Part shown: positions 19,531 to 28,103 of the stretch, in pieces
Position numbering within the stretch: the first letter of the stretch is position 1
Layout: the number at the start of each line of letters is the position of its first letter
Assembly (NCBI GenBank): GCA_963662655.2
Contig: CAXXTU010000002.1
Span: 384,001-448,000, forward strand
Source: Candidatus Cloacimonadales bacterium
GTDB lineage: Bacteria > Cloacimonadota > Cloacimonadia > Cloacimonadales > JAIOQZ01
DNA length: 64,000 nucleotides
Reading direction: 5' to 3'
Translations under genes and position numbers: made by a program
The notes under the pieces: model-generated
What the model was told of the DNA's origin: nothing
Databases searched by the model: none
The model's input: the letters and a program-made list of their open reading frames with translations, nothing else

Positions 19531-20015
19531 TAAGCCCTGTACTTGTCGATGATTGCTTTCAGTTTCTTGCGACTGTCGATACGGCCGTAGGTCTCTTCGC
19601 CAATCACGAAAACCGGCGCCAGGGAGCAAGCTCCAACGCAGCGAACGGCAGTGAGGGTAAAGAGGTTGTCTTCAGTGGTTTCGCCCATCTTGACTTTCAA
19701 TTCGTCTTCCAGCATCTGAACCAGGCGGTCGGCCCCCTTTACGTAGCAGGCGGTTCCCATACATACGTTAACAAGGTTTTTACCACGCGGTTTCATGGAG
19801 AAGAAGTTGTAGAAGGTCACGACACCGTAGATATGGTTGATCGGGACATCGAGACCCGTCGCAATGAATTCAATGACTTCCGGCGGTAAGTAGCCGAAAA
19901 TCTCCTGCGCTTTGTGCAAGACTTCGATGAGAGGATTGCGGATGTGCTTCTTCTCGTCGATGACGGCTTGCAGCTCTTCGTAGAGTTTGTTTTGCGGTGC
20001 AGGGTGTGCGTTCAT
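19530..20015 (-). CDS. hydC: NuoE/HydC/HndA-like 2Fe-2S subunit (copy 1)
   Basis: LHKAQEIFGYLP, VVTFYNFF, CMGTACYVKG, RCVGACSLAP; ATG 20015 with AGGAG SD. Confidence 0.92.
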   Translation of the reverse strand: MNAHPAPQNKLYEELQAVIDEKKHIRNPLIEVLHKAQEIFGYLPPEVIEFIATGLDVPINHIYGVVTFYNFFSMKPRGKNLVNVCMGTACYVKGADRLVQMLEDELKVKMGETTEDNLFTLTAVRCVGACSLAPVFVIGEETYGRIDSRKKLKAIIDKYRA

Positions 20016-20211
20016 GATCACTCCTGTAATTGTATTGAATGTTCTTCTTTAAATTGTTGCGGAATTTGGAGACAAGTTGCCTGTAAACGTTCGAAATGCA
20101 TACCGATTTCTGTCATTGCAACTCCTTCCATTTCGAGACTCATTTGTTTGGATAGCATGACGCTGTCAATTGAAAACTTTATACTTATGCCAATTTCTTG
20201 CGATAAAGTAT

Positions 20212-20230
20212 AATGAGACTCAATCTCAAT
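20212..20230. promoter_or_regulatory. Palindromic operator candidate (Fur-box-like) upstream of the hydrogenase operon
   Basis: AATGAGACTCAATCTCAAT containing TGAGA-N5-TCTCA. Confidence 0.35.
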
Positions 20231-20412
20231 TAGCCGGGGCGTCGAGTAGGCGGTTGAATGTCAAGGAGATAGGGGAGGCTCATCGAAAACAAACGGCAAA
20301 ATTAATATTGCGGTAAGAGCTTGAGAAATTGTGCATTAAAACATTCTATTCATTGATGAATGTGGGCCGATCCGAGGAGCGATGGAGCGTACAGCAGAGC
20401 TGAGTCGGAGGC

Positions 20413-22095
20413 TCATTTAATCAACGTCACCTTCAGCGTGCTCAAATGCTTGTCTCCGGCGCTGAGCTGGCAAATGTAAATACCGCTGGGAAATCCTTCT
20501 GCGTTCCAGGTTACCGAGTAATACTCTCTTCCTCTGCTTTCTCCCTGTAAAAACGAGTCACTGTTTGCAGTGGGATCATTGCCATCCAAGTGTGTGAATT
20601 CGCTAGTTGGAATGGAATCGATTTTCTGCCCCTTAATGTTGTATACTGCCATATTAAGGTCTATCAGAATTTTGCTTCCCATGATATGAAAAGATACATT
20701 TGGATTGAACGGATTGGGGTAGGCTTTGACAGTGACAATGACAGGCGGAACGTGCACCGGATCAACAATACTGCTATCCTGCTCCACCAAATCCTCATGA
20801 CCGCCATAAACGAAAACATTGCCGTAATTGTTCGGGCCGGGAGGATACCCATACTCATCGCCGAATGCACCGATCGCGATATCATCGTAACCGTCGTTAT
20901 CGAAGTCGCCTACGGCACATCCCGAGCCGTAACCTTCTTCGTACGTTGAACTGCTGAAATCCTTTGTGCCATTCTGATCTCCGAGATAAACATAGATATA
21001 ACCACAAATCCCAGACATAAATACAAATGAATCCACCAGATCGCCTTTCCCGTCTCCATTCAAATCGCCATAGGCCGGAACAAAGATGGAATAGTACTCA
21101 ATATGACCAAACCAATCCCAGTGAAGGGTTGCTCCACCTCGCCATAAGCGGCAACCGGGAGAAGTGCTTCCATCCTCTGGAACATCATAGCCTGAAAGGA
21201 CAAAATCATCGTATCCATCACCATTCCAATCTCCGGCGGGATACAGTTCATACCATGAATTGGCGGGAGACAAATAATCCATACAGTAAGCGGGAATTGT
21301 ATCTTGGACCGTGCTTCCATAGAAGAAGCGATTGTGAAAACTGCAAAGTAGGGGACTACCCGGCTGCTCAATGTGATCATTCTGGAAATAATAGCTAAAA
21401 TCATCAAACCCATCACCGTTTACATCGCCCAGGCCACGGAAGCCTTTACCGTTACGGGTATAAATCCCATCCACGAAGGTCACTTTTTCGAAGCTGCCTC
21501 CGTACACGATGGAGTAGGTAAGGATATTGTTACGGCACTCGGTTATGCCTGCGTCCGAGTAACCGTCACCGTTGATGTCGCCGAGAGGGGATAAGTCCGT
21601 ATATGCCCCGCCCTCGTAACTTACTGTTTCATCTGTGTTTATTGTCTCTCCGCCAAAAAGTATATAGGGATTCACGAAAAAATGGTAACCGGACTGGTCA
21701 TGCCATCTGCCACCGTGTTTATATCCAATATCCTCACAACCATCATTATTCATGTCACCAAGATTTACAATAGCAAACCATGACGTATAATACTCAAATG
21801 TTGTGTCAACCTCTGCGGCAACAGATAGGCTAACGCTGTCTGGCAAACCTTCATCCGAACCAAAATAGATATACAATTTGCCATTATAATCAGGAAAATC
21901 CTGATTCGGAATGTACCTACTAGCTGAAACAGCCAAATCGTCAATCCCATCGCCGTTAAAATCCAGAGCCGTAACATAGTATCCGAAATAGTCGCCGGAT
22001 TGCTCCCCCTGCATCTGCCACACCACATCGAGGTGGTTAACAGTGGATAGCTGGAGACATATTGTAAGTATCAAGGCTAAAAAAATGCACCGCAT
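20413..22095 (-). CDS. Secreted FG-GAP repeat beta-propeller protein with C-terminal T9SS-A/FlgD-like sorting domain
   Basis: Signal peptide; repeated GDxNGDGxDD motifs; AYPNPFNP...YNIKGQ...SGIYIC...KVTLIK. Confidence 0.85.
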   Translation of the reverse strand: MRCIFLALILTICLQLSTVNHLDVVWQMQGEQSGDYFGYYVTALDFNGDGIDDLAVSASRYIPNQDFPDYNGKLYIYFGSDEGLPDSVSLSVAAEVDTTFEYYTSWFAIVNLGDMNNDGCEDIGYKHGGRWHDQSGYHFFVNPYILFGGETINTDETVSYEGGAYTDLSPLGDINGDGYSDAGITECRNNILTYSIVYGGSFEKVTFVDGIYTRNGKGFRGLGDVNGDGFDDFSYYFQNDHIEQPGSPLLCSFHNRFFYGSTVQDTIPAYCMDYLSPANSWYELYPAGDWNGDGYDDFVLSGYDVPEDGSTSPGCRLWRGGATLHWDWFGHIEYYSIFVPAYGDLNGDGKGDLVDSFVFMSGICGYIYVYLGDQNGTKDFSSSTYEEGYGSGCAVGDFDNDGYDDIAIGAFGDEYGYPPGPNNYGNVFVYGGHEDLVEQDSSIVDPVHVPPVIVTVKAYPNPFNPNVSFHIMGSKILIDLNMAVYNIKGQKIDSIPTSEFTHLDGNDPTANSDSFLQGESRGREYYSVTWNAEGFPSGIYICQLSAGDKHLSTLKVTLIK

Positions 22096-22119
22096 AACAC
22101 ACTCCTGTTTTGAAGAGAA

Positions 22120-22842
22120 TCAATGCGAGATAAATCCTAAAGCGACGGCAAGGAATCCGGCAGCGTTGTAGAAGCCGTGGATGATCAGTCCCGGGGTGGT
22201 GCTTTTTCGTTTCCATGCGACGTAAGGCACTACGAAAATTACCGGAAGCATGACAATCATCAGATCCGTGCCGAAAGCTGCGTGGAATCCCAGCCAGAAT
22301 AAGGCGTTCCAAATCCAGGCGCGCTCGCTTTCTTGCTTCTCCATGCGGGGCAGAAGCAGACCGCGCCACATGAACTCTTCCCCAAAAATGATCAGCAGGA
22401 AAGACGGCAGCCAAAGCAGGAGCATCCAGCGCTGGTCGGGCGTAAAGCCGTTGAAGCGGAGGAAGGGAGCTTGCATGTCAAGGATCGTCGCGCGGTACAT
22501 TTTTGCGGCGAGAATGTGATTGAGACCCATGATGATTCCGCTTGCGATCCCGATGAAAACAAGAGCTCCAGCGATCCAAAGCCAGTCTGTACGCGTGAGA
22601 GGTTTGAGGCGGAGTCGTTCCCCAATGCCGGAGGTGGATTCACGTTTCGCCGCGATCAAGGCGTGCAGGAGCATGGGCAGGAAAACGAACGCCGATCCGC
22701 AGAAGAACCACGCGAGGATGTTCATCCAGCCGAGCGTTTCGAGGAAGGGGATGCCGTAGAATGTGGCGAGAAAAAAGAGAACTCCGTAAATCGCGAAATG
22801 AAGCAGCGCGACTCGCTGCCTTATCGGCTTGATTGCACTCAT
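22120..22842 (-). CDS. CPBP (Abi/CAAX type II) intramembrane metalloprotease
   Basis: GEEFMWRG, FWLGFH, IIHGFYN motifs; GAGGAG SD before ATG 22842. Confidence 0.85.
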   Translation of the reverse strand: MSAIKPIRQRVALLHFAIYGVLFFLATFYGIPFLETLGWMNILAWFFCGSAFVFLPMLLHALIAAKRESTSGIGERLRLKPLTRTDWLWIAGALVFIGIASGIIMGLNHILAAKMYRATILDMQAPFLRFNGFTPDQRWMLLLWLPSFLLIIFGEEFMWRGLLLPRMEKQESERAWIWNALFWLGFHAAFGTDLMIVMLPVIFVVPYVAWKRKSTTPGLIIHGFYNAAGFLAVALGFISH

Positions 22843-22844
22843 CC

Positions 22845-24989
22845 TCATCTCCTCGAGAATTCGAATGCGTCGATGTCGTATCCGATGGAGATGTAGTAAA
22901 CCGGCTTGCGTTCTTTGTGGAATCCCACGCCGCCCCGGATCGGGCCGAGGAAGGACTTGTAGGCGAGTTTGACCCCGTAGCCCCATTCCATGTCCTCCGA
23001 GGGACGCCAGTCGTCGACCGTGCCGTATTTGGTGCCGTTCATCTGCAAGTCGAAGTAGAAATCGTACGGCAGGCTGAAACGCAGCGCGCCGGAGGTGATC
23101 TTGTAGTTGGGAGCGCTGTATTCCTTCTGATTGAAACCGATGTAGCTGTCGTAACCGCCGATGTAGAACGGATCGAATTCGACGTTCTGATCGTGAAGGT
23201 ACGCACCGTACTCGAACCGGCCAATGAACGCGACGGTGTGCTTGTAGGGGAATATATACGTGAAGCGGCCGAAGAACCGTTCGTAGGTCGCGTCGCTGTA
23301 GAAGTCGTCGGTCGAGGTGATGAATTTCATCATGATCTGCCGCCCACGCATTGGGATCATGTAGTCGTCGAGCGTCTCCGAATAGATTTTCAGGCCGGCG
23401 CCCGAGGAGCGGTAGTCGTCTTCGACGTAATCCTTGGCGGAGACGTCGCGGTAGAACTCGCGATGATACCCGTACAGATACGCCTCGATGATCGTATCGA
23501 AGGGAGCGAACATGCCGACCCCGATGTTCGACCCGAACTCTCGGGAGCGAATGCTGCCGGTCTTTTCATGCATGTCGTCATATAGGTAGAAACGTTCGTA
23601 TCGCAGGTAGGGAAACACGCGGAAGTATACACCCCAAAGTTTTCCGAAGTTCTTCACGTAATCGATATTGAATTCCTGAACGCCTCCGAGATCGAGGTTG
23701 ACGAGGAGCTTCGAGTTGCGCTGTATATAGTTGGTATATTCCAGGGTTGCGCCGAACGTCAGCTCGCTGGTGTTGTTGTATCGTGCGTTCAAGCCAAGAC
23801 GGCGTCGCTCGTTCTCCTTGACGCGGATGATCATCGCGTAGCCGTCGTTTTCCGGAACCAGAACGGGATAAATGTATTCGAAAAGTCGTGAATGAAACGC
23901 TCGATTGAAGCTGTGTTGCAGCTGCTGGAGATCGTAGCTGTTTCCCGTTTCGATGCCGGTATATTCGCGGATTTTAGAGGAAGAGAGGTAGTAGTTACCC
24001 TCAACTTCGGCACGACTGATCGTCACGGGGCCTTCAATCCTGTGTAGCGGTTCTATCCTTCGTTGCGAAGTACTGTCCATGAGTGCGACGATTCGATCGA
24101 TCTTCTCGCGAGCCGCTTTTTCTCCCGCCGCGATGATCTCCTCTGCCCGATCGAAGTCGAAGAGGGATACGTCATCCAGCTTGGGGCATATCAGCAGATC
24201 GCAGTCGTGTAAAGCCTGTTCCACACGCCAGATCATATTGATGTTCATGCTCTGGTTCAGCACATCGATAACATCGTTGAGGTCGTTCGTTGGCTTGAGC
24301 GGGGAGCTTGTTTTAACGCCGATGCAGTAGTCCACGTTTTCCAGAACCTGTATCGGCAGATTCATGACGATCCCGCCGTCCGCGCAATAGTGCCCATGCG
24401 CTTTGAAAGGAGCCAGAACCGACGGGAAGGAGAGCGTCGCGCAGAGCGCTTCGTGCAGTGCGCCGTCCCGGAAGATCACCGGCTCGCCCGTCTCGATATC
24501 CGTTGCGACAATCCGAAGTGGAATCGCGAGGGAATCGAACGACGTCACGTTCGAGTAGGGGAAGGTCAGGTTGAACAGGTTCTGAAGCAGCCGGTTGTTG
24601 CTGAGGAAGCTGCGCGGAAGCTGGGGGTTGAAGAAGTCTTCGACCCTGAAGTAGTAGTTGGCGTTGGGCCCCCAGCGTTTTTCGCCGGTGTAGTAGTCGC
24701 TTCTCGAAATGCTTCCCGTCATCATCTCCCGCCAGTCCGATCGCTCGAACAGCGCTGCGATTTCATCGGGAGTCCAGCCCACGGAATACAATGTACCGAT
24801 GAGCGCGCCCATACTGGTTCCGGCAACCATGTCCGGCACGATTCCGTATTCGTCCAGAACCTTCAGCACGCCGATATGGGCGAGTCCACGCGCGCCGCCG
24901 CCGCTCAATGCGAGGCCGATCCTCTGTTCCGCTGCGAGCTGCGCGATCATTACGATCGCAATGAAGAGTATGAGGACGGTTTTTCTCAT
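22845..24989 (-). CDS. Patatin-like phospholipase with POTRA and beta-barrel domains (PlpD/type Vd-like)
   Basis: Signal peptide; LSGGGARG, GTSMG, DGG; POTRA-like EVEGNYYLS; barrel C-terminus SFLGPI...YISIGY. Confidence 0.88.
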   Translation of the reverse strand: MRKTVLILFIAIVMIAQLAAEQRIGLALSGGGARGLAHIGVLKVLDEYGIVPDMVAGTSMGALIGTLYSVGWTPDEIAALFERSDWREMMTGSISRSDYYTGEKRWGPNANYYFRVEDFFNPQLPRSFLSNNRLLQNLFNLTFPYSNVTSFDSLAIPLRIVATDIETGEPVIFRDGALHEALCATLSFPSVLAPFKAHGHYCADGGIVMNLPIQVLENVDYCIGVKTSSPLKPTNDLNDVIDVLNQSMNINMIWRVEQALHDCDLLICPKLDDVSLFDFDRAEEIIAAGEKAAREKIDRIVALMDSTSQRRIEPLHRIEGPVTISRAEVEGNYYLSSSKIREYTGIETGNSYDLQQLQHSFNRAFHSRLFEYIYPVLVPENDGYAMIIRVKENERRRLGLNARYNNTSELTFGATLEYTNYIQRNSKLLVNLDLGGVQEFNIDYVKNFGKLWGVYFRVFPYLRYERFYLYDDMHEKTGSIRSREFGSNIGVGMFAPFDTIIEAYLYGYHREFYRDVSAKDYVEDDYRSSGAGLKIYSETLDDYMIPMRGRQIMMKFITSTDDFYSDATYERFFGRFTYIFPYKHTVAFIGRFEYGAYLHDQNVEFDPFYIGGYDSYIGFNQKEYSAPNYKITSGALRFSLPYDFYFDLQMNGTKYGTVDDWRPSEDMEWGYGVKLAYKSFLGPIRGGVGFHKERKPVYYISIGYDIDAFEFSRR

Positions 24990-25738
24990 TGATCCTCGAA
25001 CTTCTTCCACTTCAGTCCGCGGTTTCCGGCAAGGATGGAGACGCGGTTGAAAATCTGGCGGAACTCGTTCGCTTCCCAGGAGCTGATGTTGGAGCGAATC
25101 ATCAGGTCTCGGACGATTCGGACTGACTTTTCGCGATCTCCCACTGAGCCGTAATGGATATCATCGAGGATGCGATCGATGAATGCGGCGCTGCGATCGA
25201 TTTCCTCGATTGGCGCGGCAGAATCGGAGATCGTATCCGTCCCTTCATCGGTGAAGGCGCGGTAGATTTCATATAAAATCACCCCGACAGCCTGCGACAG
25301 GTTGAGGGAAGGAAATTCTGGTTGCGCGGGGATGTAACACCGGAAATGGCATTGATCCGCCTCGCTGTCCTTCAGCCCGTACGTTTCTCTTCCGAACACG
25401 ATCCCGACGCGGTTCTCCGTATGTTGCTTGAGAAGCTTTCCGAGATTCTCCGGTAGCAGGTCGACGGGCTTTTTCTGCCCCTTTCTGCGCGAGATCGCGA
25501 TCAGCCGGTCGAATCCGGAGATTGCCTCTTCGAAGGTGTCGAACACCTTTGCGCTGTTGAGGATTTCCTCGGAGTGAACCGCCACGTAGTAGTCTTCTTT
25601 CTTTGGGATTTCGCCAACGACCCGGAGATCTGAGAATCCAAAATTGTTCATTGTGCGGGAAATAGCGCCCACATTACCCTTGTAAAGGGGCTCGACCAGT
25701 ATCACACAAACGTTTTTTGCCCAGGGGCATTCATTCAT
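24986..25738 (-). CDS. trmJ: TrmJ/LasT family SPOUT RNA methyltransferase
   Basis: LVEPLYKGNVGAISRTMNNFG, VFGRETYGL, PSLNLSQAV. Confidence 0.85.
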   Translation of the reverse strand: MNECPWAKNVCVILVEPLYKGNVGAISRTMNNFGFSDLRVVGEIPKKEDYYVAVHSEEILNSAKVFDTFEEAISGFDRLIAISRRKGQKKPVDLLPENLGKLLKQHTENRVGIVFGRETYGLKDSEADQCHFRCYIPAQPEFPSLNLSQAVGVILYEIYRAFTDEGTDTISDSAAPIEEIDRSAAFIDRILDDIHYGSVGDREKSVRIVRDLMIRSNISSWEANEFRQIFNRVSILAGNRGLKWKKFEDQ

Positions 25739-25761
25739 ATTCGTTCACTTTCAATGTTATC

Positions 25762-26208
25762 TCAATCGATATCAACTTCGATGTTCTTCTCTTTGACAGG
25801 TACGATGGGGAAGATCACCTTAAGAAAACCTTCTTCGTACTGAACCTTCGGTTCGTCCCGGTTGATGCTGATATCGGGAAAGAAAATTTTCCGCTCGAAT
25901 CGTCCCGATTCAATTTCCATCGTATAATAGTATATCTCATCGCATCCCGGGCAGGTAAAACGTTCTCCCGAGATTTTCACATATTCGCGGCTTGTGCTGA
26001 TCTGCACGGATTTCTTGTTCACACCGGCAAGATCGAAAACGACCGCAAGTTGCTTATCGTCTCGATAGACATCGCAATGGGGTTGCCAGGTCTCGTCCAT
26101 CTCGTGCGTCATGGCAACCGGGCTGGAGGCGAGTGTTGTAACTTCTCCGAGGATACGAACCATTTCTTTTTGAATATCTTTCAGGTCCTGGAATATTTTA
26201 TCCTTCAT
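25762..26208 (-). CDS. Hsp20/alpha-crystallin family protein
   Basis: WQPHCDVY, DLAGV, ISGER, EIESGRFER, YEEGFLKV; ATGA overlap with upstream gene. Confidence 0.85.
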   Translation of the reverse strand: MKDKIFQDLKDIQKEMVRILGEVTTLASSPVAMTHEMDETWQPHCDVYRDDKQLAVVFDLAGVNKKSVQISTSREYVKISGERFTCPGCDEIYYYTMEIESGRFERKIFFPDISINRDEPKVQYEEGFLKVIFPIVPVKEKNIEVDID

Positions 26209-27188
26209 TCCTCCTCCTCCTCCTCCTTCTTTACAAGTTCGTGATAGTGCACAATATTGATATCGGGACGTCTCGATGCCTCGAACGCGCATTCTTCCGT
26301 GTTGGTGATGAACCGTTCCACGTTGTTCAAATCGTCCGTGTAGTTGCTTACACCCCAGGCGAGCAGATCCTTTTTGAGCTTGTCGTTGCGTTCGAGAATC
26401 ATGGTTTCGAGGCGCTCGATCACGAACTGGTTATCCTCGTACTTGTTTTCGGGGAGAAGGATCATGAACGTGTCAGGATGAATGAAGCCGAGGATTTCCA
26501 TAACGCGTAACCCGCCCTTGAGAATCGTGGCGATGCTGGTGAAGATGCGATCCGCCTCAACGTTGCCGTACTTACGGTAAAGGTCGTGATACTTGTTGAT
26601 CTTCAGCACGATCAGCGAGAGGTTGTTCTTGTAGCGTCTCGCCTGCGCAAAGGCGATTTCGGTTCGTTCCAGGAACGAGCGATAGACCAGCAGCCCGGTG
26701 AGCGCGTCGAACTGATTCATGCGGTCGATCAGGTTCTCCTGGGAGTGGATCTGGACAACGAGGCTGATTAGAGACGCGAAGATTTCCATCTTGGTCAGTT
26801 CGTCCTCTTCGTATTCCTCTTTGTCCATGAAGAGGAATCCCCGGAGTTCTCCGCGGTAGTGGAGTGGGAAAATCACCAGCTTCTTCACCGGCTGGTCGAA
26901 GTCGATCTCGTCGGGCTGGACATCGAGAATGGTTTCCAGCTTCTCCAGACGGTTGATCAGGGAGTGCCCCAGGCTGAACTCCGTCCTTTTCTGAAAGCTG
27001 TGACTGAGGTTTCTGCCGATTTTCAAGCGGAATGATTGCGTCATTTCGTTCTTCAGGAAGATACCGAGGCTAAGGAATTTGTATTCGGATTCCATGTCCC
27101 GGATAATCATGCTCAGGCACTCCTGAAGCGTGTTGAGCTCCAGAAGGCTTTTCATGAGCTGGTCGTATTTCTGAAGTTTTAACGGCAT
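26205..27188 (-). CDS. GAF plus degenerate GGDEF domain protein
   Basis: DALTGL, KYGNVEAD, HPDTF in place of GG(D/E)EF; GAF-like PLHYRGELRGFL. Confidence 0.75.
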   Translation of the reverse strand: MPLKLQKYDQLMKSLLELNTLQECLSMIIRDMESEYKFLSLGIFLKNEMTQSFRLKIGRNLSHSFQKRTEFSLGHSLINRLEKLETILDVQPDEIDFDQPVKKLVIFPLHYRGELRGFLFMDKEEYEEDELTKMEIFASLISLVVQIHSQENLIDRMNQFDALTGLLVYRSFLERTEIAFAQARRYKNNLSLIVLKINKYHDLYRKYGNVEADRIFTSIATILKGGLRVMEILGFIHPDTFMILLPENKYEDNQFVIERLETMILERNDKLKKDLLAWGVSNYTDDLNNVERFITNTEECAFEASRRPDINIVHYHELVKKEEEEEE

Positions 27189-27210
27189 AGCGTGCTCCCT
27201 TGTTGTTGGC

Positions 27211-27828
27211 TCAATTACTGAGAATGCTTTTGATCTTTGCGATGATCATATCGATCCCAATGCGGTTGTGTCCGCCCTCGGGGATGATGATATCTGCCTG
27301 ACGCTTGGTCGGTTCCACAAACTGGATGTGCATCGGGCGCACCGTGTCGCGGTATTGGGATATGACAGAGTCCAGGCTTCTGCCACGTTCGTTGATGTCG
27401 CGCTCGATGCGTCTGAGGATGCGGATGTCCGCGTCCGTATCGACGAAAATCCTGATATCCAGTTCATCAAGAACCTGGGCGTTCTCGAATATGAGAATCC
27501 CTTCGACGATGATGATTTTAGTGGGATTCCGCGGAATGGTCTGGTGTTTTCGAAGATGTTCATGGTAGTCGTAAACCGGTAGTTCGATAGGGATATTGTT
27601 CTTCAGGCTTCGAATGTGTTTCAGGAAAAGTTCCGTATCGAACGCGTCCGGGTGATCGTAGTTGATCCGGCAGCGCTGCTCGTATGGTAGGTCGGGGAAC
27701 GAACGATAATAGGCATCCTGCGGAATGATGCTGAGGTGCTCGCCAATCTCATGCTCGATGGCCGAGGCGATCGATGTTTTCCCCGAGCCGGTTCCACCAG
27801 CGATTCCGATGACGACGGGACGTTTCAT
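27211..27828 (-). CDS. udk: Uridine kinase
   Basis: IGIAGGTGSGKT, QDAYY, NYDHPDAFD, RRIERDINERGR, PMHIQFVEPTK. Confidence 0.96.
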   Translation of the reverse strand: MKRPVVIGIAGGTGSGKTSIASAIEHEIGEHLSIIPQDAYYRSFPDLPYEQRCRINYDHPDAFDTELFLKHIRSLKNNIPIELPVYDYHEHLRKHQTIPRNPTKIIIVEGILIFENAQVLDELDIRIFVDTDADIRILRRIERDINERGRSLDSVISQYRDTVRPMHIQFVEPTKRQADIIIPEGGHNRIGIDMIIAKIKSILSN

Positions 27829-28103
27829 TTATTCGTACTCCTGTGTAGCGACGTTCATGTTAAAATAGATTATGGATTGCCGTGAAAACGTCAAGAATTT
27901 CCTTTATAATTTCATTGCGAAGATGGCTTTGCCATACTCTACGGATAAAAATTTACTATCGGATTTTAAATGAAGCGAGTAAAATCGCGATTTCCCGCAC
28001 GATTTTGGCGTTGACAGATTGAACTGAATGAAAAGTTTCGCTTTGGAATATTTCGTGCAAATTGTACGTACGAGCACGGAATCGATGACTTCGAGGAGGA
28101 ATT

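Noticed and set aside
12885..20015. Complex I (nuo) operon or selenocysteine recoding
   Set aside because: The NuoE/F-like genes accompany an H-cluster protein with no membrane Nuo subunits; all frames are complete without in-frame TGA
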